A stretch of DNA of 48,693 nucleotides from Sandarakinorhabdus sp. (GTDB lineage Bacteria; Pseudomonadota; Alphaproteobacteria; Sphingomonadales; Sphingomonadaceae), in assembly GCF_040398645.1 (NCBI RefSeq), contig NZ_JBBATR010000008.1, forward strand, positions 19,919 through 68,611, written 5' to 3'. The notes below the pieces were generated by a model that did not search any database, was not told the DNA's origin, and was given only the letters and a program-made list of their open reading frames with translations. Shown here one piece after another: positions 21,801 to 30,488 of the stretch; the first letter of the stretch is position 1, and every line of letters starts with the position of its first letter. Both the position numbers and the translations under genes were made by a program.

Positions 21801-24355
21801 GCAACCACTCGGCGCAACTCGTCAAGGCTTTCCGGATTTTTCAGCGTGGTGACATCGCCCAGCGGCGCGCCTTCAACGAGCGCGCGCACCATACGGCGCA
21901 TATATTTGCCGCTACGGGTTTCGGGAAACTGCGACACGATCAGGAAATCGCCGGGCACCGCCACGGCGCCCTTTTCGCTGCGGACCAGATCGGACAAGCG
22001 GCGTTCATCATCGCGGGTGATGATCTGGCCAGGCGCTGGCGTGATGAATGCCAGCGGTGTCAGGCCCTTTTCACGGTGCGGCGCGCCCACCACCAGCACA
22101 TTGCCAACTGGGCTGTCAGGATTGAGCGCCTTGTCCCGCAGGATGGCGCCTTCGATCTCCTCGGTGCCCATGCGGTGGCCGGACACGTTGATCACATCAT
22201 CCGATCGGCCGTGCAGCGAAAAGCCGCCATCATCGCCAGCAACGGCAAAATCGCCCTGGGTATAGGCCCACACACCCTGCCAGCGGCCCCAGTAACCATC
22301 GCGCCAGCGGCCGGCATCACCGGCCCAGCCGCCAACCACCTTGCCGTCTTCCACCTCGAAATTATCGGCATCGCCCCACACGGTGCGCGCCAGATAGGGA
22401 TAGGGCGCCGCGATGATGATCTCACCCTTTTCACCGCGGCCGGCCCTGCGCCAGGTCACGCCGTCGCTGCCATCCCGGGTCAGCAGCACAGATGCATTGC
22501 GGTCGCCTTCAGCGTCCTCTACCCACACATCTCCAACGATCCATGGCAGCGGGAAGGTGCGGGCATCGGCGGCCAGCGGAAAATCGCCATTGCCATAGAA
22601 ATGCGTCCAGGCGATGCCACCATGTTCGGTGGCCCAATAGCTGTTGATATATTGCGGTGCGATATGCTCCATCCCGAAAGCTTGTACCGGCGGCGAACAA
22701 GGCTCGGCGCAGAAGGTGGCCACGCGCAATTTCGAAAGATCATAGGCCTTGATATCGATCAAATTCTGCGGATCGGTCATCACCGCTTTCAGGAAGGTCA
22801 CGCCAGCCTTGAAGATGGTGACGCCGTAGCGTTCGATCATCGCCGCAAACCGCCCCGCGTGCGGGAACACCGGCGATCCTTCGGCGAGCACCGTCGTCAC
22901 GCGGCTGAGCAGCGCCGCGGCAATCATGTAGCTTTGGCCGGTGATCCAGCCGGGATCGGCCACCACGAAAATCGTGTCGCCCGGCCGCGCATCAAACGCC
23001 ACCTTCATGGTTTCCATGATGCCGCCGGCATAGCCGCCATGCACATGCACAACGCCCTTGGGCTTGCCAGTAGAACCTGAGGTGTAGATGAAAAACAGCG
23101 GAAATTCCGCGTCAACCGGCACCGGCGTTGATGAGGCCCAGATCGCGGCCACAAACGCCTGATCATCCAGCGCGTGTAGCGCCGCTTCGTCAGCCAAGCC
23201 AGCAGCTGACAACATCTCGGCCAGTGCAGCATTGGTCAGATCATGGCCCCACACGTCGCGGTCCCGCCAGACGATATCGGGCACCGGCACATGGCTGGCG
23301 ACGATCACAGCTTCGACACGCGGCGGCGTCGCCACCAGGGCTTCTGCAATGGCAATACGGATGCGCGCCGATCCTGCCGCATCCACCAGGCCCGCCTTGC
23401 CCAGTTCAGCCAGCGCCCGGCCCAGCCCGCGCATCACATCGCCGCGTTCAACCGTGACTTCGCCCTTCAGCGCCGTGGTGACAATGCCGGCCATGGCGCC
23501 GCGCGTCTCGGCAGGCAATCCCAGATCATCGCCGTCAAGCCGCTCGCGCAGCAGCCGCAGCGCGACTGTCACCGGCACATAATTGTCCAGCGCCGGATCG
23601 GTATAGGCGGTCTTGAAGGGCACCACCTGGGCGTTGCGGTAGCCGCCATCAGCAGTGATGACGATACGCGCGCCGGCATCGTGGATACGATCGGACAATG
23701 TCTTGTCTGAAAAACCGCCAAACACCGGGGTGTAAATCACCCCGATGCGCTTGGCCGCCTCGGTCCAATAAAGCTGCGCCGGAATGTTCGGCATGTTCAG
23801 CGCGATCCGGTCTCCGGCCTTGAGGCCGAGGCGCTGCAGGGCGATGGCGCACTTGGCGGTTTCCAGCAGCAATTGCCGGCGCGAAATGGTCACGCAATCA
23901 ACCGGGGCGCCGCGGCCATTGTCGGCTGCCAGATCCCAGCGATCACCTTCGAAGATCAAGGCGGCTTCGGCACCGTGGCCAGCCAGCACATGACGATCAA
24001 GCTCGTTGAAGGCAGCATTGGTGCGGCCGCCTTCGAACCAACGGAAATTGGGCGCATCGTCGGCATTGAAGGCCCGGTCCCACGGTGCGAAATCCGCTGC
24101 CAGATCGGCCGTGACCGGCGCTGCCGTAGCCGCGTCCCAGCCTGTCCATAGGCCGGCATCATTGCAGCTGAGCCACGCCGGGCGGCCGCCAACATCGATC
24201 AACCAATGCAGGTTGCGCGCGGCAATGTCGCCATGAAACGCGCCAGGATCGGCCAACGTCGCAGCCCGCATCGCATTCCAATCGGCGCGGGTTCGCACCG
24301 GATTGTGATGCGGCGCCGGCACGGGCGGACGGAACGGGGCGGCGGGATCATGCAT
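18845..24355 (-). CDS. pcs: Trifunctional propionyl-CoA synthase (3-hydroxypropionyl-CoA ligase + dehydratase + acrylyl-CoA reductase)
   Basis: About 1836 aa. AMP-binding domain (YTSGSTGKPKG, YWATEHG, GRSDDVINVSGHR, PETRSGK), crotonase domain (AGADI, GGGMEF, GQPEI, PGYGGTQRL) and MDR/ECR-like reductase (EVNFNDIW, IQGYET, GSATGTG, GTHLCN). Start is ATG 24355 or further upstream. Confidence 0.92.
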   Translation of the reverse strand: MHDPAAPFRPPVPAPHHNPVRTRADWNAMRAATLADPGAFHGDIAARNLHWLIDVGGRPAWLSCNDAGLWTGWDAATAAPVTADLAADFAPWDRAFNADDAPNFRWFEGGRTNAAFNELDRHVLAGHGAEAALIFEGDRWDLAADNGRGAPVDCVTISRRQLLLETAKCAIALQRLGLKAGDRIALNMPNIPAQLYWTEAAKRIGVIYTPVFGGFSDKTLSDRIHDAGARIVITADGGYRNAQVVPFKTAYTDPALDNYVPVTVALRLLRERLDGDDLGLPAETRGAMAGIVTTALKGEVTVERGDVMRGLGRALAELGKAGLVDAAGSARIRIAIAEALVATPPRVEAVIVASHVPVPDIVWRDRDVWGHDLTNAALAEMLSAAGLADEAALHALDDQAFVAAIWASSTPVPVDAEFPLFFIYTSGSTGKPKGVVHVHGGYAGGIMETMKVAFDARPGDTIFVVADPGWITGQSYMIAAALLSRVTTVLAEGSPVFPHAGRFAAMIERYGVTIFKAGVTFLKAVMTDPQNLIDIKAYDLSKLRVATFCAEPCSPPVQAFGMEHIAPQYINSYWATEHGGIAWTHFYGNGDFPLAADARTFPLPWIVGDVWVEDAEGDRNASVLLTRDGSDGVTWRRAGRGEKGEIIIAAPYPYLARTVWGDADNFEVEDGKVVGGWAGDAGRWRDGYWGRWQGVWAYTQGDFAVAGDDGGFSLHGRSDDVINVSGHRMGTEEIEGAILRDKALNPDSPVGNVLVVGAPHREKGLTPLAFITPAPGQIITRDDERRLSDLVRSEKGAVAVPGDFLIVSQFPETRSGKYMRRMVRALVEGAPLGDVTTLKNPESLDELRRVVAAWERKQRLSADQDIFDRYRYFRIQYNFVAPGKRVATVFITNPPVNALNERAIDELVIVVEHLSRRDDVAAVVFTGDGTASFVAGADIRQFLDEIHTVEEARVLPANAQLAFGKIEQMGKPCIAAIQGVALGGGMEFALACHYRVAEAHARFGQPEIRLRLLPGYGGTQRLPRLLSDRRGHEGLLDALDLILGGRSVDAAAALTMGAIDAVADGVSDALSLAHAAVRDFVRLGDHSHLGRAWAERRKAANSAWQHPGHVDLDDALADPFVQRILRQLEWAGRGKAGSRAIAAIRTGWHQGMAAGLAREAEEFAQAVVDPDGGKTGIRLFMDKKAPPLPVRRNGVHIAAEFAARAAHLEAVGDLLPVGAPFFPGITPIPGHQYGFGIARDPDTGAPQFGPPASHEKPLIVATPQPEPNEALVYLLTSEVNFNDIWALTGIPVSPFDNHEEDVQLTGSGGLALVAALGSEVRGQGRLKVGDLVAVYSGTSDLLSPAAGRDPMYADFSIQGYETKSGSHAQFLTVQAPQLHGVPGDLTLEQAGSYILNLGTIWRCLFTTLEIIGGKTIFIEGSATGTGLDALKSARASGLLVTGLVSSPARAAFVKSKGAVGALDRTDARFASLFTAVPDGSKADWAAWEQAGGALVAEYKAINGGKLADYAVSHAGETAFARSFQLLGDGGVLAFYGASSGYHLSFMGKRGGCDPVTMLARAGARGGEAVLIFYGPGTTALADATGLEMIEATRALGCRIVVVTSTDGQREFILSLGFEDAVAGVVSLEGIKRREGANFDWPDTMPRLPVARDNIETFREAVRLFQDKTLKPFGNAVGKLLRSPDNPRGNPDIVLERAGQDTLGVTTALVKPFTGRVVYCEDMAGQRYNFYAPQVWTRQRRIVMPMAEIRGTHLCNAYEVTRMNDMIAASILDVTEPTVVPWEGLPEAHQSMWDNRHTGATYIVNHALPAMGLRGKDELYEAWASLGTSGQAEGQGE

Positions 24356-24566
24356 GGTGCGTCTGCCTTTGGCCGGCCGCCGGACGACGGCCAGAATTTG
24401 ACCAGATATCATCGCCAAGCGGACAGGAAACTTTGATATGAGCGGCGATTAGGGAAAGATTATGTCTGCGCCAAGTGCCGAAGTGAAATTAATGGAAACT
24501 GCGACACATTGTCCAATCGCGTCGTGCCGGGCGCCCACCTGGCCGGCCGCCCTGCAACCCGGGGCA

Positions 24567-26048
24567 TCAAAAAGCATTGCGCGGCAGCAGCACGGCACCA
24601 ACCGTGCGGAGTAGGATATAAAGATCCAGACCGAGCGACCAGTTTTCAATATAGTGCAGGTCATGCTCGAAACGCTTCACGAGCTTTTCTTCGGTGTCGG
24701 TCTCGCCGCGCCAGCCGCACACCTGCGCCCATCCAGTAATGCCGGGCTTCACCTTGTGGCGGGCGGCGTAGCTTTGCACCACTTCCGAAAACAGCCTGCC
24801 GCCAGCCCGCGTTGATGGGGCATGCGGGCGCGGGCCGACCAGAGACATGTCCCCCATCATCACGTTGAACAATTGCGGCAGTTCATCAAGGCTGGTGCGG
24901 CGAATGAAGCGCCCGACCCGCGTCACCCGCGGATCTTCACGCCCTGCCTGGGTGATATTGTTATATTCCAGTCGGTTATGATGCATCGATCGAAATTTGA
25001 AGCAATTGAAGGTCTTGTTGTTGAAGCCTTCGCGTGGCTGCCGAAACAGGATCGGGCCGGACGAGTCGAGCCGCACCGCCACGGCAACGGCCAGCAGCAC
25101 CGGCCAAATCAGCAGCAGGATGATGCAGCACAACACCTTGTCCTCGATATCCTTCGACACCGCCGACAGCCCGGAAATCGGCCGTTCGAACAAGGTCATC
25201 ACAGGCACATCCCCCAGGATGACCACGGGCCGGCGCGAGAAGGTGAAACTTACCAGATCCGGCGCCAGCCGCACCTTGACGGGCGTGAGCGCAAGACGGC
25301 TGACCACATCCTGCAAACGACGTTCGGCAGCCCACGGCAGCGCGACGACAACCTGATCGATCAATCCCTCGCGGATCATGCCGATCAGCGTCGAAAGATT
25401 GCCAAGCAACGGCACATCGGCGATCGCGGCCGGCAAGCGTTCGGCCTTGCGATCATCGAACACACCCACCAACGTGATCGTCAACCGGTCGTGCGCTTTA
25501 ACATATTCGGCAAAGCGCACACCTTGCGGACCGGCCCCAAAAATTGCCACACGCTCGTTGAAGGTACCGCTGTTCTTCAGCCGCCGCACCCACATCGTCG
25601 AAAAGGCCCGGGTGACGACCAGAGCACCGCCGCCGCTGGCAAACCAGCTGATTGCCCAGGCTCGCGACACGACATCCGATGTCTTGAGCAGGTAGCCCAT
25701 GGTGATCAGGAACAAAGCCGTCATCGCCCACGCCATCACCACCCGGCGCCAGCCCAGCCGCAACGAAAATTGCGCTTCGATGTCATAGGCGCCAACACTT
25801 TCCGCCATGACTGCCAATGCCAAGGCAGCAATCAAGGTAACGCGCGTATAAAGCACCAGATTGGCATCGGCATCAAAGCCGCCATAGGCCAACAGCACGA
25901 GGCCGACGACGCCGACCACCAGAAACTCCCACAAGCGGACAAGAAAAATGGCAATCCCAAGCGGAAAGCCCGGGCCGCGGTCTACCGCCGCATGCGGCTG
26001 TGCTGTTTTGGCCGGTGGCACAGTGAGAAGCGGCTGCTGCGAATTCAT
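24567..26048 (-). CDS. Undecaprenyl-phosphate glucose phosphotransferase (priming glycosyltransferase; WcaJ/SpsB/GelB-like)
   Basis: N-terminal TM bundle, Rossmann-like GAG, C-terminal [44 protein letters not shown]. Confidence 0.93.
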   Translation of the reverse strand: MNSQQPLLTVPPAKTAQPHAAVDRGPGFPLGIAIFLVRLWEFLVVGVVGLVLLAYGGFDADANLVLYTRVTLIAALALAVMAESVGAYDIEAQFSLRLGWRRVVMAWAMTALFLITMGYLLKTSDVVSRAWAISWFASGGGALVVTRAFSTMWVRRLKNSGTFNERVAIFGAGPQGVRFAEYVKAHDRLTITLVGVFDDRKAERLPAAIADVPLLGNLSTLIGMIREGLIDQVVVALPWAAERRLQDVVSRLALTPVKVRLAPDLVSFTFSRRPVVILGDVPVMTLFERPISGLSAVSKDIEDKVLCCIILLLIWPVLLAVAVAVRLDSSGPILFRQPREGFNNKTFNCFKFRSMHHNRLEYNNITQAGREDPRVTRVGRFIRRTSLDELPQLFNVMMGDMSLVGPRPHAPSTRAGGRLFSEVVQSYAARHKVKPGITGWAQVCGWRGETDTEEKLVKRFEHDLHYIENWSLGLDLYILLRTVGAVLLPRNAF

Positions 26049-26161
26049 TACAGCGCTCCGATTACCGGCAAAGCGGACGCGATGTTTTTGCGGTTGAGCG
26101 CAAACGCCATGGCGCAACGTCCGTAACTTGTTATAGAGGGAGCCAAGAGGGAATTGCGATT

Positions 26162-26419
26162 ATGGAAACGCCGTACGACTGGCTGACTGTCATGACATTC
26201 GCAGGGTTGATCGTGCTGTTCCTGCAACGGAGCCAGGGCAAGCCTCGCGACCATCTCTGGCAATATCTTGTAGCCGCAGTCGGCTGCGCCATCACCAACT
26301 TCGTTGGCAACGAAGCCATGAAATCTGGCGAAACCATCATGCATGTCGGCGCAATCGCCTTGTTCATCGGCACAGCAGCTTTTATCTGGCGGGTTCTCGA
26401 ACCGTTCAAATCCAACTGA
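26162..26419 (+). CDS. Small membrane protein, probable XrtV sorting-system accessory protein
   Basis: 85 aa with 3 hydrophobic segments. METPYDWLTV..FAGLIVLFLQRS resembles the small protein that accompanies exosortase V in sphingomonads. RBS present. Confidence 0.65.
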   Translation: METPYDWLTVMTFAGLIVLFLQRSQGKPRDHLWQYLVAAVGCAITNFVGNEAMKSGETIMHVGAIALFIGTAAFIWRVLEPFKSN

Positions 26420-26472
26420 ATTTACCGCGCAGGCGGCTGCCCTCGGCGGCGCGCGCAGGCCAGTCATTGCCG

Positions 26473-27171
26473 TCATGAGACGGCGGCTGCCAACGGCCGC
26501 CCCAGCAGAGCCGGCAGATCGCGCTTGCTGGCGCCCTTGATCAATTCCCGCGCAAATTCACAAAGCTGTTCACGCACCTGCGGGCTAGATTCCAGCGGGG
26601 ACGACATCCGCACCAATATGCCATCGGCAATATAGCCATCAAGCTGCTGCCGCAATTTCACAAGGCGTTGCTCGCTGCCGCTGGTTGGCAAATCGTCACC
26701 GATTCGCGTCCAGTAGATGATGGTTTCAACCTGCCGTTCATTGCGCGCAACCAATTGGCGCGCCGGCACCATTACACCGGGCGCCAACGCGATATCGGCC
26801 CGCTCGGTGACTGAAATTGCGTAACCCACAGCTGTATAACAGACTTCTGGCCGGTGCAATTGCAGCGAATCGCTCTGCACTTCGCCATAGGCAATCACTA
26901 GCACCACGGGCGGCCGCGTATCGGAAAAATAGGTTCGGGCCAATTGCTGGCCGTAAAGCTTGGCAGCCAGCCCGTTCTCGTCGCGCGGCAGCACGATGCC
27001 CGCACTTGGCGCATAACGCCATGCGCCAATCTGCTTGGGCACGGCTGTTTCCAGGTCATGGCCAGGCAGCAGCAACGTCAACCGTCCGCGCGGCGTCATG
27101 GCAAATGCTCCGCCGGCCCCGGCCAGCAGGGCGCCGCCCATAATCACATCGCGGCGGCTTGGCGAGGTCAT
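26473..27171 (-). CDS. epsI: Exosortase-associated EpsI family protein (GelN-like)
   Basis: SRRDVIMG leader, LY.QQLARTY, LVIAYG, LQLHRPEVCY, IIYWTRIG, DGILVRMS. ATGA overlap with the exosortase. Confidence 0.85.
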   Translation of the reverse strand: MTSPSRRDVIMGGALLAGAGGAFAMTPRGRLTLLLPGHDLETAVPKQIGAWRYAPSAGIVLPRDENGLAAKLYGQQLARTYFSDTRPPVVLVIAYGEVQSDSLQLHRPEVCYTAVGYAISVTERADIALAPGVMVPARQLVARNERQVETIIYWTRIGDDLPTSGSEQRLVKLRQQLDGYIADGILVRMSSPLESSPQVREQLCEFARELIKGASKRDLPALLGRPLAAAVS

Positions 27172-28082
27172 GCGGCCGCGCTCTTGCGCTCTAGCATCTG
27201 GCGCAACGGCGTCATCAGCCAATCTAGCAGAAACACGAACAGCAAGGCGGACACAAAGGTCACCATGCCCGCAAAATTGTGCAGATAGCCCTGCGCCATG
27301 GCATTGCCGAGATAATAGGTGATCAGCACCAGCACAGCAACGCGCACGCAATTGGCCGCGATTGCGATCGGTATCACCATCGCCAGCAGCAACAGCGAAT
27401 ACACCGGATTGGCACCGCGGATCAGGTACACATAAAACAGACCGATAGCCGATAGGCTGACGAGCGAATTCAGCCCGGCACAGGCATCTTCCATCAGCAA
27501 CTGGTAGGACGCGATATACAGCGTGACACCCAGCCGGCCGACCGGATATCCGAATTCGGCCAACGTGCCGGTCACCAGTTCCGACACCAGCACCTTAAGT
27601 GGCAGCGTGACCGTATCCAACAGCCAACCCGGGATCGGCACCACAAAGCCAAGATACAGAATCGGAAACCACAGCAGGCGCACAGCAGCCATGCCCCAAT
27701 ATTGCTGCATCACGGCCACCCCGGCCAGCAGCAACGCAGCCGCTTCGATGCTGATGAAATCAAAGGCTCGCCCAGCAATATACAGCGGCAGCGCAGCCGC
27801 CAGAAGCATGGCTGTCACCACCGGTGAGCCTGGCGACCGCAGCGCGGCGATATCGGCCCAGCGCCGCACGATCAACCAGATGCCAGTCACCAGCACGATC
27901 ACCCCGTGCACCCCGGACTCCTGCTGCCACGGCCCTTGCCCCAGGCTGCCAATCGTCGGGGACGCCAGCGCAATCAAGCCAATCGCCAGCGGCCAATGAT
28001 CAATCAGAAAGGCACGCAAGTCTGGGTTGGCCGGCTTGGCTGTCGTGGCTGCTGCCGAAGGCTGGCCGGTTTCAGAATTCAT
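27168..28082 (-). CDS. xrtV: Exosortase (probably exosortase V; GelM/EpsH-like)
   Basis: About 8 TM segments with the catalytic triad Cys (EDACAGLNSL), Arg (ANCVRV) and His (GYLHNFAG). Confidence 0.85.
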   Translation of the reverse strand: MNSETGQPSAAATTAKPANPDLRAFLIDHWPLAIGLIALASPTIGSLGQGPWQQESGVHGVIVLVTGIWLIVRRWADIAALRSPGSPVVTAMLLAAALPLYIAGRAFDFISIEAAALLLAGVAVMQQYWGMAAVRLLWFPILYLGFVVPIPGWLLDTVTLPLKVLVSELVTGTLAEFGYPVGRLGVTLYIASYQLLMEDACAGLNSLVSLSAIGLFYVYLIRGANPVYSLLLLAMVIPIAIAANCVRVAVLVLITYYLGNAMAQGYLHNFAGMVTFVSALLFVFLLDWLMTPLRQMLERKSAAA

Positions 28083-29016
28083 TGAGCACAGCCCCTACAA
28101 CAGCGCAGCGCGCCGCCGCAAGTTGATCGGTCAGCGTATTGATATCCTTATAAAAACTATGATTTGTGCGGCCAACGATCAAGGAATAACCTGCCGCAGC
28201 GCCGATGTTCAGCGCATCGGCGCTGGTGTTGGCGGCCGGCGTGTCGAACAGCACCAGATCATATTCGCGCAGCAGCGTGTTGACACCATCACGGAAACGG
28301 TTGCCCGACAGCAATTCCTGCGGGCGGCTGGTTGGCGGGCCAGAGGTGATCACTGCCAGACCGGGCAGAACATTGGCGTTCACCACGCGTTCCGGGCGCG
28401 CCACTTGCAAGGACAGGAAATTCGACAAGCCGGGCGCATTGGGATCCAGCCCGAAAATCTGATCCTGTCGCGGGCCGCGCATGTTGGCATCGACCAGCAG
28501 GATCTTGTACCCAACTTGCGACATGGCAACGGCAAGATTGGCCGCGACCCAAGAACAACCATGACCATCGGCCGCAGCCACCACCGCCAGGCCGCGCCGA
28601 CCATTCTTGATATGCTGCGCGATCACCTGGGTGCGCAGCATGCGCATGGATTCGGCGCGCAGTGATGCCGGATCCGAAACCACCACCAGCTCATCGGAAA
28701 CCGGCCGCCGCGAAACATTCTGCAACGCCATGCTGGTGATCAGCTGTTCACGGGCCCGATCAAGATCTTCGGTAGTGACGTAGCCAAGTTCCAGCGCCGC
28801 CTGATCGAAATCAAGCGCACGCTCGCTGGCGTGGCCAGCAACACGGGCGGCTTGATCTTCGGTCAGGTAGCCCAACCGCACAAGCACATCGCGGATCGGC
28901 GCATCGTAGCGCGTGCTCGATGCCTGATTGCCGCCGGAGACTATGCTGGTCGCTGGCTCGGCCGCCGGGTTGGCTGACGTTACGCTGTCCAGATCATCCA
29001 TGGGTTCACCACTCAT
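28072..29016 (-). CDS. BY-kinase-like chain-length regulator (EpsG/GelE/CpsD-like)
   Basis: AESMRMLRT, variant Walker A GHGCS, A' LLVDANMR, Walker B LFDTP, C-terminal GAVLNEF. No C-terminal Tyr cluster. Confidence 0.88.
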   Translation of the reverse strand: MSGEPMDDLDSVTSANPAAEPATSIVSGGNQASSTRYDAPIRDVLVRLGYLTEDQAARVAGHASERALDFDQAALELGYVTTEDLDRAREQLITSMALQNVSRRPVSDELVVVSDPASLRAESMRMLRTQVIAQHIKNGRRGLAVVAAADGHGCSWVAANLAVAMSQVGYKILLVDANMRGPRQDQIFGLDPNAPGLSNFLSLQVARPERVVNANVLPGLAVITSGPPTSRPQELLSGNRFRDGVNTLLREYDLVLFDTPAANTSADALNIGAAAGYSLIVGRTNHSFYKDINTLTDQLAAARCAVVGAVLNEF

Positions 29017-30407
29017 TGTGCCGGCTGCCAACCGGGCGCATTGCGGCCGCGCCGATTGAGCAGCCGCTTGATCGCCAGCTGCCATTCCGGCCGCTGCCGA
29101 TCGGCAATGACCGCAAACACCGGCACACGCGCTGCATAAGCGAGGTCTTCGCCGCCGCGCACCCGGCGATTGATCAGTTCAACAAGCATCGACATCACGA
29201 CGCCCAGCGCCATGCCAGCGCCAAGCGCAAGGCCGAAGATCTGTGGCCATTTCGGGAATTCCGGCGTGGTCGAAACGGTCGCATCACCCAGCACGACCAG
29301 GCCGGCATCGGCGACATTCGATTCAAGCTGCAATTCGCTGGTGCGCTTGGCGGCCTGTTCATATTGCCCTCGGCGCAATTCCACTTCGCTGGTCAGCTGT
29401 GTTAGCCGGTCAAGCTTGTCCTTCATCGCAAACACCTTGCCGCGCTGCGCGGTATATTGGGATTCGAGCTGGGCGATGCCGCCGCTGGTCGCGCCCAGTT
29501 GCGCAGCGCCAGCAGCGCGTGCGCTTGTCTTTTCGCGGACCAACTGGCGCTCCAGCTCGATCCGGCGCGATACCAATGCCACATAAGTGGGGTGCTGGGT
29601 GCCGAGCCGCTCCGAAGCCTGGCCGATCTGGTCGGTCAAGCCGCTCAATTGCATCTTGAGCTGGTCGACGAGCGTGGACGCCGTCGCCTGGCGCATGGCT
29701 TCGAACTGCTGCAGGCCCTGGTTGCTGCGCGCTGCTGTCAACGCAGCTTGCAGGCTCGAAAGTTTGACAGTTTCCACCTCACCGGCGGCAGTCATCACGA
29801 TCCCGTTTTCCTGTTCAAACTTGGTGCGAACGGCTTCGGCCGCCTCGACAGCGCGCAGCGCACGCCCGGCCTGTTCGCGGTACCATTCGGCCGTCCGCCC
29901 GGCAGCATCAGTGCGGAATTTCAGACTGTTTTCGATATAGGCATCGCGCAGGGCGTTGACGGTGCGGCGCGCCACTTCGGGATTGTTGGCCTCATATGTC
30001 AGCACCATGATATTGCTGTCGGGCACGATATTCACCGTCACGCTGGTAACCAGCCGATCTGCCAGCCAGCGGCGGAAATCGCCATAACCGCCGGTTTCGG
30101 ATTGCCAGTTGGCTAGCAAATCTGCGTTGCTGGTCAGGCCAAGCCGATCGACGGCATCGCCGGCAATGCGATAATCCTTGATTAGCTCAAGCTGGGTGGT
30201 GATGAAAACGCGCAGGCCGTTGCCGCTGATTATCTGGCCGGTCACGGGATCGGGCTTGAAATTGTCCATCAACACACGCGCCGTCGCAGGATAGCGCGGC
30301 GGCAGAATCAGGCCGACTGCGCCTGCCACTGCAACCGACAGGAACACGGCAATCGCCAACACCCAGCGACGGGCAAACAGGATACGCAGCAGCTGAATGA
30401 TGCTCAT
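29013..30407 (-). CDS. Polysaccharide co-polymerase / chain-length determinant (EpsF/GelC/GumC-like)
   Basis: N-terminal TM + PPRYPATARVL, long periplasmic coiled coil with HPTY motif, C-terminal P.FPK + TM. Confidence 0.85.
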   Translation of the reverse strand: MSIIQLLRILFARRWVLAIAVFLSVAVAGAVGLILPPRYPATARVLMDNFKPDPVTGQIISGNGLRVFITTQLELIKDYRIAGDAVDRLGLTSNADLLANWQSETGGYGDFRRWLADRLVTSVTVNIVPDSNIMVLTYEANNPEVARRTVNALRDAYIENSLKFRTDAAGRTAEWYREQAGRALRAVEAAEAVRTKFEQENGIVMTAAGEVETVKLSSLQAALTAARSNQGLQQFEAMRQATASTLVDQLKMQLSGLTDQIGQASERLGTQHPTYVALVSRRIELERQLVREKTSARAAGAAQLGATSGGIAQLESQYTAQRGKVFAMKDKLDRLTQLTSEVELRRGQYEQAAKRTSELQLESNVADAGLVVLGDATVSTTPEFPKWPQIFGLALGAGMALGVVMSMLVELINRRVRGGEDLAYAARVPVFAVIADRQRPEWQLAIKRLLNRRGRNAPGWQPAQ

Positions 30408-30488
30408 TGCTTTTCGCCAGCCCTTTTCTTCATTGTCCAATCGGCGCCCGACCACTGCACCGCGAGTGCGCTTGGCCAGCCCAAGCAA

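Noticed and set aside
15198-24355. Claim of autotrophy through a complete 3-HP bi-cycle, or reading the genes as an NRPS/PKS cluster
   Set aside because: The remaining bi-cycle genes are not in the window, and no carrier, condensation or ketosynthase domains are present.
24419-24566. PpsR/CrtJ site (TGT-N12-ACA) upstream of pcs
   Set aside because: No correctly spaced match was found.
28540-28580. Walker A with Cys in place of Lys (GHGCS), suggesting a dead kinase or pseudogene
   Set aside because: A Cys at this position is known in GelE/EpsG-type proteins and the ORF is intact, so it is not evidence of decay or novelty.
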